Shown piece by piece: positions 38,482-48,116 of a stretch of DNA of 64,000 nt. The notes beneath the pieces were generated by a model. That model was not told the origin of the DNA, ran no database searches, and worked only from the letters and a program-made list of their open reading frames with translations. A program made the translations under genes and the position numbers. The number at the start of each line of letters is the position of its first letter. The stretch's first letter is position 1. Where the stretch lies: assembly GCA_963766075.1 (NCBI GenBank), contig CAVYAN010000079.1, positions 30,382-94,381 of the forward strand, given 5' to 3'. The stretch comes from an uncultured cyanobacterium. Its GTDB lineage: Bacteria > Cyanobacteriota > Cyanobacteriia > Leptolyngbyales > Leptolyngbyaceae.

Positions 38482-39459
38482 TTAAAGCGAAAACTTATCC
38501 ATGTCAATTTGATGCAAATCGCGAAATTTTACAAAACGAGCACCTATACCGTTTGGATTATTAAAGTACCGATCCATCAAGTATTCAGGCGCTTTCTTCT
38601 TGCCTCCTCCCTGATGAACTAAATTGGCGATATACGCACAATACTCTAGTCTTACAGAGTTGATTTTGCTTAAAACTCCTGCGCGAATTTCAGCAGGATC
38701 AGGAGATACAGCTTTCCAGTGTTGCACGGCATCAGCAATCTGATCAGGCTCAGGTGGTACGATAATGGAATTCTGGCGAGTAAAAAACTCATCTCGCCCA
38801 CCCTTACTAGGTGTACTAACGACAGGTATGCCAGAGAGTAAATATTCGCATGATGCTAGCATTGCTCCTTCCTGGGCGGACAGGCAAAGCCCCGCATAAG
38901 CCTGGTTATATTTTCTAGCTAGCTCTGGGCGTGGCAGAAACTCCCGGTTAAATTCAGCATGTTTCAGTTCTGGGCAATAGGTATACAGATCTCCACCATA
39001 GGAAACAACCATCAGTCGCTCAATCTGCCTAGCCAGTGGAAGTCGCTTGAATGCCGCCAATTGAGCAGTATAAATGGCATCGTAGATTTTGGGTTCGTCT
39101 AATGGTTTATATAGATGCTCATTAATATAAAGGTTGTGGCTAAAATGAGAACCTCTAATAAAAAGAGCCTTTCTAACCCAATCTTCATCTTTAGCACTCA
39201 CTAATAAGTGATGCTCTCGCTTCTCTAGACGATGGACAATTTGCCGCGCTTTGAATTTTGCCATTCGATGAATGGGCACTGTCCATCCGGCAACATGCTC
39301 TAACACGTATTTGGGCTGAAAACCGGGCGGCAGAGAAATATCCGATAGGTCGCCAAGGATTATCTTATTGAAGGGAAATTTAGTGCTAAAGGGATAGCTA
39401 CTAATCGTAGAGACAATAAGAGGCTGAGTGGACAAGATATAAAAACCGTAATGCAGCAT
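38482..39459 (-). CDS. Glycosyltransferase (GT-B fold)
   Basis: LSAQEGAMLASCEYLLSGIPVVST (EX7E-type motif). Confidence 0.8.
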   Translation of the reverse strand: MLHYGFYILSTQPLIVSTISSYPFSTKFPFNKIILGDLSDISLPPGFQPKYVLEHVAGWTVPIHRMAKFKARQIVHRLEKREHHLLVSAKDEDWVRKALFIRGSHFSHNLYINEHLYKPLDEPKIYDAIYTAQLAAFKRLPLARQIERLMVVSYGGDLYTYCPELKHAEFNREFLPRPELARKYNQAYAGLCLSAQEGAMLASCEYLLSGIPVVSTPSKGGRDEFFTRQNSIIVPPEPDQIADAVQHWKAVSPDPAEIRAGVLSKINSVRLEYCAYIANLVHQGGGKKKAPEYLMDRYFNNPNGIGARFVKFRDLHQIDMDKFSL

Positions 39460-39500
39460 AAACCATTTTTGCCATTGCTAGAGTTAGAAAGAGCGACTGA

Positions 39501-40439
39501 TTAAAGAACTGGCTTCTTAGAAAAGATCCGATTCAGTTTTAATCGAATTCGTTTGGGTAGTTTTGGAAAATAATCATAGTAAACATCTTGAATAAATCGA
39601 TCTATTTGTGAGTCCCAGAGCATCGAATTAGGATGTTTTAATGGAAAGGCCATTGCTTCTGAGGGCACATTAAGCTGTAGGGAGTCCGCAGAGGAGGAGT
39701 CTGTGGAGAAGGTATGGGTCGCATCCAAACCAAACCCAATGTTAGAAACCAAATTGACATTAGGGAGGATAGATAAGCCGTTTTGGAGCCAACAGGTCAA
39801 AATCCATTGGTAGTCCCAGCAACCAAGATCCTTATGAACAACGTCCTGAAAGATTCGTGTCCAAGTCTCGACTGTATGCTGATCAACTAATAAATCCTGC
39901 AATACATTTTTCTGATTAATTTCTGGCCAAAGCCTCATATCGAAATCATAATGCTGCCATGCCCTCCTCCAAGTTGCCCACCCCCAGGAAAGGGGATAGC
40001 GCGAAAATATGTAGCTATCAGAACGTTGATGATATCCCGACCAATAGTTATTTCCAGAAATATGCATGACTCTTTGATCAAAACGATATTGATCTAGCAG
40101 TTCCTCACAGAAATGAAAAAACGTTGGATGGGGTATGCAATCGTCCTCAAGGATAATAGCTTCTTCAACGTTTTCAAAAACCCAACTAATTCCTGTCGCT
40201 GGACGAACACCACAGCCTAAGTTCTTATCTGAAAAATTTCTGAGCACCTCGCAGTCCCAATCAACTTGGTCAATCACGGCTCGGGCAGAGGCACAACGCT
40301 CGATGTCGTCTGGGCGATTGATACGTGGGCCATCTGCGATCACTAAAAGCTGCGATGGCCGTGCCCGACGAATCGCATCAAATACTTTTTGGGTGCTATC
40401 GGGACGATTAAAGATAATGAAGGCGACAGGAGTTTTCAT
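39501..40439 (-). CDS. Glycosyltransferase family 2 (HlpA-like)
   Basis: FIIFNRP, ADGPR, NLGC, ILEDDC, WGWATW, NIGFG. Confidence 0.9.
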   Translation of the reverse strand: MKTPVAFIIFNRPDSTQKVFDAIRRARPSQLLVIADGPRINRPDDIERCASARAVIDQVDWDCEVLRNFSDKNLGCGVRPATGISWVFENVEEAIILEDDCIPHPTFFHFCEELLDQYRFDQRVMHISGNNYWSGYHQRSDSYIFSRYPLSWGWATWRRAWQHYDFDMRLWPEINQKNVLQDLLVDQHTVETWTRIFQDVVHKDLGCWDYQWILTCWLQNGLSILPNVNLVSNIGFGLDATHTFSTDSSSADSLQLNVPSEAMAFPLKHPNSMLWDSQIDRFIQDVYYDYFPKLPKRIRLKLNRIFSKKPVL

Positions 40440-40736
40440 TGTACATCTATGGTTTTACGCTGATTTTACACTTTAAATATATTCTTTTTTAAGAACGGGG
40501 CTTATTTTAATTGGCAGTGGGATAACTTTTAGGAAATGGTATTTCTTAATAGAAAACAACCCAAAAAACAACCCTACCCATAGGACTCTTCCAAAACTGC
40601 AATATATTCCGAATTATTGAATCAAAACTCATCTAGATTCTAGATCATGGACTATAAAAGTTTTTGAAAATTGCCCGATTCCTTTTAATTTTATATCATC
40701 AGAATTGGATAATTAGTTTCGCCACATTATAATATC

Positions 40737-42101
40737 TCAGGAGCTGGTTAAGCCAGTCCTGATTTTTTCAAAGGCAATATGAAAAATTCTAAAGGGTAAA
40801 AATAATGCCTTGGTTGTTAAAAATGCATTCTGTCTCGTCTGTGGAAAAATAAGATAGAAAAAATAACTTGCACCGGCATAGGAAATTAATGTGGCGATCG
40901 CAGCACCAACACCTGAGAACTGGGGAATGAGAAGTAGATTGAGAAGGATATTAGATATTGCTCCTAAAGCCGACGCATAAAAATTAAATCTTTGAAGCCC
41001 CTCAGATGTCAACCAAGTGCTCTGGGCAATTTCAATAAATCTGAAGGGACAAGCCAAAATATGAATGCACAAAATCGCAACTGCGGGTTCATAGGCAGCA
41101 CCGTAAACTGAGGGAATCAAGAATTTAGATATAGGAATAAAAAATATGATTACACAGTAAGCAAGCAGAGTCATCAAATCATAGTATTGCTGTAAACGCT
41201 TCTGATAAAGAGTGAAATCTCCACTTTTTAGCTGAATAATGGAGGGATAAAAAGATGAGCTGAAAATAACAGGAATCATATACCACATTTCGCTCAAATT
41301 GACCGCTACAGAATAGGTACCAACAGCACTACTGCCGACCATCCTACCTAGCATTACTTGATCGATCATCAAAAAGATACTGACCGCAACACCATTGAGC
41401 AGAAGCGGTAAAGATTCCCTTAAGATATACTTGGCCTTATCCCATTTTATTCTCCAGTTAAAAATCCTAGAATTTTTACTGCTTTTAGTATAAAAAACAA
41501 TAAGCATAATGCTATAGATAGCTGCTTCTAGAATTGTCGAACCAATGAATGAAATAAGCGGAGCCTTATAGTGAACCAAGCATATTTTAAGAGCCGACAA
41601 CGTGAACAATGTTATATTTTTTGACAGTACGACATACTTTGCCTCGACTTGAGAATTAAACCAGTCATCAATTACTCCGAAAGCATTAAATAGGAAGGTA
41701 GAAGATAATATCGCAACTAGGAATTGAACATTTGAATCATGTGAAGAAAAGACTAATATAACAAGTATGCTCAAAGAGGCGGTAATGATACCGCAGATTA
41801 ATCGAATAAAAAATGCGGTTCCTAAAATTTCGTTTTTAGCTAATGGATCTTGTACTAACTCCCTAATGACAACATTGCTCATTCCTAAAGTGGAAAGTGG
41901 AGAAAAAAGAAACACAAAAGCGGTTACATATTTAAGAATTCCGAGCTGGGATGGTCCAAGATAGCGTGCCACTATTACGCTAATCAAAAATGCCATTCCC
42001 ATCGCTAGAACACGATCAAAAAATAGCCAAACAATGTTAGTAGCGATTTTGTGAAACTTGCTATTAGGGGCCTGAAAAATGCCAGACAGTTTATTAAGCA
42101 T
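40737..42101 (-). CDS. wzx: Polysaccharide flippase Wzx
   Basis: Multi-TM, VARYLGP, IDQVMLG, GAAIAT. Confidence 0.9.
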   Translation of the reverse strand: MLNKLSGIFQAPNSKFHKIATNIVWLFFDRVLAMGMAFLISVIVARYLGPSQLGILKYVTAFVFLFSPLSTLGMSNVVIRELVQDPLAKNEILGTAFFIRLICGIITASLSILVILVFSSHDSNVQFLVAILSSTFLFNAFGVIDDWFNSQVEAKYVVLSKNITLFTLSALKICLVHYKAPLISFIGSTILEAAIYSIMLIVFYTKSSKNSRIFNWRIKWDKAKYILRESLPLLLNGVAVSIFLMIDQVMLGRMVGSSAVGTYSVAVNLSEMWYMIPVIFSSSFYPSIIQLKSGDFTLYQKRLQQYYDLMTLLAYCVIIFFIPISKFLIPSVYGAAYEPAVAILCIHILACPFRFIEIAQSTWLTSEGLQRFNFYASALGAISNILLNLLLIPQFSGVGAAIATLISYAGASYFFYLIFPQTRQNAFLTTKALFLPFRIFHIAFEKIRTGLTSS

Positions 42102-42103
42102 AA

Positions 42104-43501
42104 CTATAAAATCGCATGGGGTAATTGGATATGACTTATACGCTTTATAGAATTTCTTCTAGCATCTATACTGAGTCGAATTGATAGTATAAAAAATATA
42201 AGCGTGTATTCATTTATAAGCCAAAGCTTTGATTCTGAAAAGCTCGATAGTAATACAAAAATCAACAATATGGCCGCAGTCTCTGCTTCTCCGCTTCGAC
42301 TGTGACGTGTGAGAAGAATAAAACTAACTATAGTAGTCAGTAATGACAGAGTGAATAATGTTATCCCGATAAAGCCTGTAGAAAGCAGGATTTCCAAGTA
42401 ACCATTGTGAGCATGAGGAGGGACGAACTCACTACTACCAACAATAATGGATCGAGCAGGATTATCGTATCCTCGCCAACTCTGCCAAAATCCTGCATAG
42501 CCATAACCAAGCAGCGGTTTCCTCCATACCGCTTGCATCAACTGGGGCCAAAAGTCTGTACGGCCCGTTAGCGATGCATCTTTGCCTAATAAAGCTAAGA
42601 TTAATGGTCCACTAATTACTACAATTGCAAAAAACAGGCCAGAAAATATTGTGATAAATAAAGTAATTACAACAAATTTTCTGAAGTTTAGTCGCCTTAA
42701 GTATTTTACTAATTTTGATATTAGTATTACACCAATCATCAAAAGGAACATCGGTTTAGAGGCTCCTGATTGTGTCGGAATCATTACGAAAAATGATAAA
42801 ATTGCGAGCCCAATTGATAACCTACGGGACTTTTGATGATTAATTGCATGGAGGAACCATAGAGCCGAGGTCAGAGCCATCCAAAATGCAAAACCATTTT
42901 TGTGGGTTTGAAGTCCCTGCCACTCTCCCTCTCCACCCTCATACATTCTACCAATTGACGGAACTAGAAGCGCGGCCAATGCTCCTGCCACCATGCTAAA
43001 CGTGCCCGCTTGTCGCACGAAAGTTCCTATTGCTTGAAAGTTATAATGAGATGCTACGTATGATGCTATGAAAGAATATCCGACGAGAACGAGACTAGCT
43101 TTGAGCGTTACATCAGGCGTTTCAGACCAGAAAGCAGATAAAGTTGTGAACAATAGCAAAGCACCTAAAAAAGGATTTCCCAGAAGAGAGCCTAAGCTGG
43201 CAAAAAAAGGAACGAACTTTGATCGGAGTAAAAGAGCACACAACGAGTAAAAGACAATTTGAGCAAGACATGTTGGACTGTCTAATTTGGTAGTTGGGAT
43301 GGGTAAAGCCGCGGGATTTAAATAGCTGAGGGGTATGACAGAATTCCCCATGGCGATGATTATAAATGTGACAATAAAAATTCTTTCCGTGATACTCGAG
43401 GCTTTTTTGCGATCAACGACGTGAAATAAGAGCGCGCCAAAAATAAGCGTAATCAGGAGTACCACGATTACTATGAATGGATTGAGTGAAATTTTATTCA
43501 T
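42104..43501 (-). CDS. O-antigen polymerase/ligase (Wzy_C) family protein
   Basis: Multi-TM, HKN, LTGRTDFW, PLLGYGY, HAHNGYLE. Confidence 0.88.
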   Translation of the reverse strand: MNKISLNPFIVIVVLLITLIFGALLFHVVDRKKASSITERIFIVTFIIIAMGNSVIPLSYLNPAALPIPTTKLDSPTCLAQIVFYSLCALLLRSKFVPFFASLGSLLGNPFLGALLLFTTLSAFWSETPDVTLKASLVLVGYSFIASYVASHYNFQAIGTFVRQAGTFSMVAGALAALLVPSIGRMYEGGEGEWQGLQTHKNGFAFWMALTSALWFLHAINHQKSRRLSIGLAILSFFVMIPTQSGASKPMFLLMIGVILISKLVKYLRRLNFRKFVVITLFITIFSGLFFAIVVISGPLILALLGKDASLTGRTDFWPQLMQAVWRKPLLGYGYAGFWQSWRGYDNPARSIIVGSSEFVPPHAHNGYLEILLSTGFIGITLFTLSLLTTIVSFILLTRHSRSGEAETAAILLIFVLLSSFSESKLWLINEYTLIFFILSIRLSIDARRNSIKRISHIQLPHAIL

Positions 43502-44499
43502 GGATCCTGATCACACTCTTTATGCCATTTGTATTCGGTGATATTCTGAATCATAGACTGATAGGCTTGGAGCACGATGGACACGGTAAGACGTTGTACA
43601 TCTCTCTAGGGAAATACTGATTCCTACTGAAAAGGTGTTTGGGGGACCTTTGCTCAAAAGGATTGCCCTGGACAGGATGACGCAGGACAGTTTGGACACG
43701 CGTATTTTAAGAGGGTACCCTTTGTTTACTCCTACTTCGCACGGTCATTCCCAACGTGTGTCCGTTGAGGCTATCTGAATTCTGTTGAAGGTAGCCAAAT
43801 CTTGACAACTGCCAATGCTGGCAAACAGGACTCGGGCAATCAAAATGGTTTGGCATAGCGAAGCTAAATTGAGCTGTCCGGTTCATAGTGCATTCGCTCA
43901 TACCAGATGCGCGCTGGATGCGCGGATTTCCTCTGGAGGAGGTTTCGCATGTGCTTTGATAATATCTTGAGGATGCCCACAGACAATATTAGACAAGGGA
44001 ACTTTCACTGAATCTTTATGGCTTGGTGCAGCAATTCGGAGCGATCGTGCGGCGAGGCTGAATTAAAAATGCTCTCCTTAAGTGGCAGACGTGCTTCAAA
44101 CATTTAGCAAGCATGGCCCGTATGCCTTTCGCGGGCTGATAGTGGGTCGGTTATTGCAACTGGGCTGCACTGGGGAATGCTCGGTAAGGGCTATAGAGGC
44201 CGCTGATAAGCAGGTTGGCTCAGGGTTTGGGGAAATCGAGAGTGCTGAAGAAGAAATTGCAGATGCTCAGAATCAATCGGTCGGAGTGTGAACGTGGGCG
44301 ATCGCACCAGCCTGAGCCAACGTCCGGGGGAGTGTAGCCCCGTTCAACGCGGTAGTCACGCGCTTGCATTGGCCCGGGATTGGTCTAGGACTATGCCAAT
44401 TCACCACAGTCGAACGGCTGAGCTGGAGTAGGCCGGGGTGACGGTAAAATCGACGTTGGCGCACATTATAGAGCCGAAGAATAAAGTGCTCTCCACCGT

Positions 44500-44619
44500 G
44501 CTAGCAATTGTCCTAAGACGCCGCCTTGCCGGGGACTGAACCATCGGTTCAAGCCCAAGGGTTACCGCCTTCTTTTTAAGTTTGTTCAGAACTCCTTGAT
44601 GGTCGTATGGTTGTCTCAA
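44500..44619 (-). pseudogene. Possible remnant of an IS110-family transposase C-terminus
   Basis: YDHQGVLNKLKKKAVTLGLEPMVQSP resembles the Y..R.L.NL.++A..LG.EL C-terminal helix of IS110 transposases; no intact ORF. Confidence 0.4.
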
Positions 44620-46923
44620 TTAACTCCCTTTCCGGCGCACATGATAGGTCGGGAAAGTGCCGTAGCGTTTGGCCCAGGGCATCTGACCCACGTAATCGCA
44701 GGTGAAGGTGATTAAGCCTTCCGATGCCGCGATCGCAGCAAATGCTTGGCTCGCGTATACCTTGCCGGGTGGGGTAATAGGTTCGATCCGGGCAGTATGA
44801 TTCACATGGGTTCCGATATAGTTGACCTGTCCCGTAATTGGATCCACGTTACGTTCCACAGGCCCAGCATGCAGTGCAACTCGGAGGTTTAATCCATCGG
44901 GTAGGCTTTTGGTTGGCCAGTCTACAGTCTGCACCCAATCACAGAGATCCAGGGCAAACTGTCCGGCCTGTTGCACGGTGGGAAAGACATAGTAGAGGGC
45001 ATCCCCCCAGGTATTTTTCATCAGAGGCTGATAGAGGGCGTGGCCAGAGAGCTCTGCCACCGTGCCCAGAAAGTGCTGGGCGAATGGGAGGTATTGGTCT
45101 TCGGTCAGTTGACTGTAGTTCACCACATCGGCAAACAGGAGGGCCCGAATCTGGCGATCGGGGGTCGCGGCGACGGGGTCTGCTAGATTTGGGAGCGGGA
45201 TGGCAGGAGTAGGTGGGTCCGGATTCAGCGCCGGGGTAACCGCGCGGGTTTGCAAAAGGTCCTTGAGATCGATGATTTCGACATGATCGCTCCACTGCTG
45301 CCAATGGGCTAGGGTACTGGCGGTACCGCCACGGCCATCTCCGGGTTTGCCATCCCAAACCGCCAGCGGAATCAGGTCGGTGCCCAACTGTTCGGCGCGC
45401 ATTTTGGCTAGGCCGTGGAGTAGGCGATTGGAATATTCATAGGCGACGCCATCGGCTTGGTGCGCTTGCCCAGACGCAATGATCACTTCGGTTGCCTGCT
45501 GTATTAGTTGATCAAAGCGCTGCTGCCAATGGGCTTCGGGGATAATATTGACGGAATCTTGGATAAAGCGATCGCGATCGCTCGGCAGGACAATATGCAA
45601 TTCCCCCTGGAGGTCGCGCAATGCTTCTAAAAAGAGAATATCCGCACCACAGGCTGCAGACGCATAACCCAGCCGCACATCGAGTTGCTGTAGGCGATCG
45701 CGAATGGCGTGATAAACAACGGATTCCAGATAGGGTGGAAAGCGGGGCGGGAAGCGATCGGGCCGATCAATCATATGACCACAAAAGACAACGACCCGAG
45801 GCATTTGGAACCAGCGCTGAATCCGCTGGACATCCCCTGACAAGTAGGGCGCTAACATCAGCGCGTTGCGCCGACTCGAACTCAAATCGCCAAAGCGGCC
45901 TTGGCCAAGGGCGATCGCCTCTCCATAAAAGGCTTCTGCCTCAGACCAATCGTCTAAAATCAGCGCTGCCTCTCCCAGGGTGGCTAGCAGCCAGTAGTCT
46001 TGGCGATCAGAACTCGCTTGCAATTTCTGTAGACAATGGGTGCGAACGGTATTTGCCAAGGCGTGGGCCTGGTTTGCACGCCCCATGACCCTGGCAAGAG
46101 TAGCAGCATTGATACCGGTCCAAATACTACCCGTGAGTTGATAGGCTTGGAGATAGCGCTCTGCCGCTAACCGCAGATGATGGTTCTGCAATTTCGGATC
46201 CGTTGCTTGTAACCACAGGTCTTTGTGAGTCCGCGCCAATAGTCCGAGGGTTTCTTCATCCTGCTGTCCTGATTGCACCAATTGTAATAACAGAGAATTG
46301 GCTGCTACGGTTGCGCCGCTGCGGGCCAGCGCTAAAGCGATCAATTGCTGCAATCGCAAATCCTGCGGCCAATTCTTTAGGCCCTGAGCCAGGACATCGT
46401 AGGCCATCAAGGGTTCCCCCAACTGCAGGATGGAATGCCCCAGGGCGCGGTAAATTTCTGGGTTGCGGGGTTGCAGGCGGATGGTTTGGCGCTGTAGATC
46501 CAGCAGGGTGGCCAAGTTTAGATGCGAGGAGGTTTTCAGATTCTGCAGAATTAGTGTGAGTTGCTGCTCCTCTGGGGCAATCGCCCCCGGCCCACCCTCG
46601 CTAGCCGTAATCTGATACCCCAAGCCCAGCAGGGTCTTCAGGGTAGCCAAAGCGGTGCCCACCGAAGCCTGCTGGGCGGAGTCCGGCAGCTGATAGTAAG
46701 GCATTAAATGAGGATGAATGCACTGAACAGCGTCGAACTGAGGCCCATAGGTCCAGCCTTGTTCTAAATGCTGCTTTGCCCAAGTGTCGTGGCTATGCTG
46801 CGCGAGCATCTCAGCTAGGTGCAGATGCTCGGCGGTGAGTTGAATGGTTGAAATATCGATTGGTTCTGGCATGTAAGGCAAGCGATTCCCCCTTGGACTC
46901 AGCGTTTTTCTGCTTCCAGCCAC
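44620..46923 (-). CDS. RyR repeat + TPR sensor-like (TRAF-binding/DUF4071-like) + SLOG-like + class III nucleotidyl cyclase fusion protein
   Basis: RyR: Y.P.PID...LA..HD.WA....GWTYG...HPHL.PY..L; TPR: EETLGLLARTHKD, GINAATL, YWLLATLGEA; Rossmannoid: VFCGHMID, SAACGADILF; cyclase: LFADVV, TWGDA, RVALHAGPV, GTHVNHTARIE. Confidence 0.85.
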   Translation of the reverse strand: MAGSRKTLSPRGNRLPYMPEPIDISTIQLTAEHLHLAEMLAQHSHDTWAKQHLEQGWTYGPQFDAVQCIHPHLMPYYQLPDSAQQASVGTALATLKTLLGLGYQITASEGGPGAIAPEEQQLTLILQNLKTSSHLNLATLLDLQRQTIRLQPRNPEIYRALGHSILQLGEPLMAYDVLAQGLKNWPQDLRLQQLIALALARSGATVAANSLLLQLVQSGQQDEETLGLLARTHKDLWLQATDPKLQNHHLRLAAERYLQAYQLTGSIWTGINAATLARVMGRANQAHALANTVRTHCLQKLQASSDRQDYWLLATLGEAALILDDWSEAEAFYGEAIALGQGRFGDLSSSRRNALMLAPYLSGDVQRIQRWFQMPRVVVFCGHMIDRPDRFPPRFPPYLESVVYHAIRDRLQQLDVRLGYASAACGADILFLEALRDLQGELHIVLPSDRDRFIQDSVNIIPEAHWQQRFDQLIQQATEVIIASGQAHQADGVAYEYSNRLLHGLAKMRAEQLGTDLIPLAVWDGKPGDGRGGTASTLAHWQQWSDHVEIIDLKDLLQTRAVTPALNPDPPTPAIPLPNLADPVAATPDRQIRALLFADVVNYSQLTEDQYLPFAQHFLGTVAELSGHALYQPLMKNTWGDALYYVFPTVQQAGQFALDLCDWVQTVDWPTKSLPDGLNLRVALHAGPVERNVDPITGQVNYIGTHVNHTARIEPITPPGKVYASQAFAAIAASEGLITFTCDYVGQMPWAKRYGTFPTYHVRRKGS

Positions 46924-46949
46924 AATCCAGCACCCTTATTTTAGTCCTA

Positions 46950-47109
46950 AGGCGATTTCCAGGAAAAATGACACCGACCGAGATTGTTCCCTTCGACTGC
47001 GCTCCCTTCGACTGCGCTCAGGGAGCAATCTCTCGCTGGCGGAGCGGAGCCGTAGTTCGCTTCCCGCAGGATAGCCAGCAGCAGGTATATTATTTGTCAG
47101 AAATCGCCT
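46950..47109. mobile_element. MITE (~160 bp) with a TA target duplication and a nested CTTCGACTGCGCTC(AG) REP hairpin
   Basis: TIRs AGGCGATTTC / GAAATCGCCT, each flanked by TA; partial copy at 13073-13181. Confidence 0.8.
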
Positions 47110-47252
47110 TAGTGGTCGGAAATCGCCTCCAGCGTATCAGCAAAACTGGGATTACGGGGGCTGATCACGCAGAATATAACAGAGCCAGTGCGGGTAGACG
47201 GGTTCCGAGGAGGTGAGGCCGCTTACCGCTGATTTATTCGGGTGAAACTGAT

Positions 47253-48040
47253 TTATTTGGGTGAAACATCGTCTGCGTCTAGAGGTCCCAGGAGCTTCAG
47301 CAGTTGATCAACCGTTTTAAATTACCTACAATCCGTCGCAACGGTAAGGGGTGTGCCTTCACCAGGGTTGGCGTCGCCGTGACTTGATCCAGTTCCGCCT
47401 GATCCGGATGCTGGGAAACATCAATTATTTTTAAGGTGTAAGGTTGACTCAGACACTGCTCCAATAGCTCATGCAGGTTTTGCAGCGTATGCTCTGTAGC
47501 ATTGCTATGCCCAGAGACAAATAGGCGAAACACATAACCTTGGGGGTTAGCATGGGTCATGACAGTGGGAACCACGGGCTCAGCGATTGCCTGCAAATAC
47601 GGCGCAGTCTTCTCGTAGCGCACCAGCAAATCGTGGGTTTCCCACAACTGGGGGAACTGCCGACGATAGGTAGCCAGCACCATGGGATCACACAATCCCT
47701 CGGGCTGACCCGCCACACTCCAATCCAAATCTCCGGTATCAAAAATGGCATTCAATAACGGTTGAAAGCGCCGCACTGCCGACGACGCTTCTGCTGCGAT
47801 CCGAATTTGTCGAGTCGCAGAATCAAACCAGCGATCCACAGTAGCTGTATAGCAGGGCACCAAAAAATGCGGTGGCTCTGGCAATCCCAGTAATTCCTGG
47901 AGGGCCGCACACAGGTGCAGGTGCCAGTGGTTTTGCTTGTTGGGGTCGATACAGTAAATCAAATCTCCCCCCGGAGTAAACAGCGCAATTCCTTTGAACA
48001 GAGTGGGGGAGACGACGGAGGGGGCTGGAGAAAGAGACAT
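47253..48040 (-). CDS. KaiB-domain protein (N-terminal extension plus C-terminal KaiB), frameshifted near 47316
   Basis: FRLFVSG, LKIIDV, ATPTLVK..P.P.RRIVG; adding one base gives ...TVDQLLKLLGPLDADDVSPK*. Confidence 0.85.
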
Positions 48041-48116
48041 GCCAACACAGAAGAAAAGCGATCGCCAGGAGATGGTTCAAGCGGGCCACGCCAGATTGAA
48101 CCATTTCAGAACTAGC

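Noticed and set aside
43707..43901. 64-aa ORF as an effector partner of the cyclase
   Set aside because: No recognisable motif, TM segment or clear RBS; cannot be supported
46848..47216. 122-aa ORF on the plus strand
   Set aside because: Reads through the MITE and REP (PFDCAPFDCAQG) and overlaps the cyclase gene on the opposite strand
47253..48040. Core circadian kaiB
   Set aside because: Much longer than KaiB, with no kaiA or kaiC adjacent; a KaiB-domain protein only
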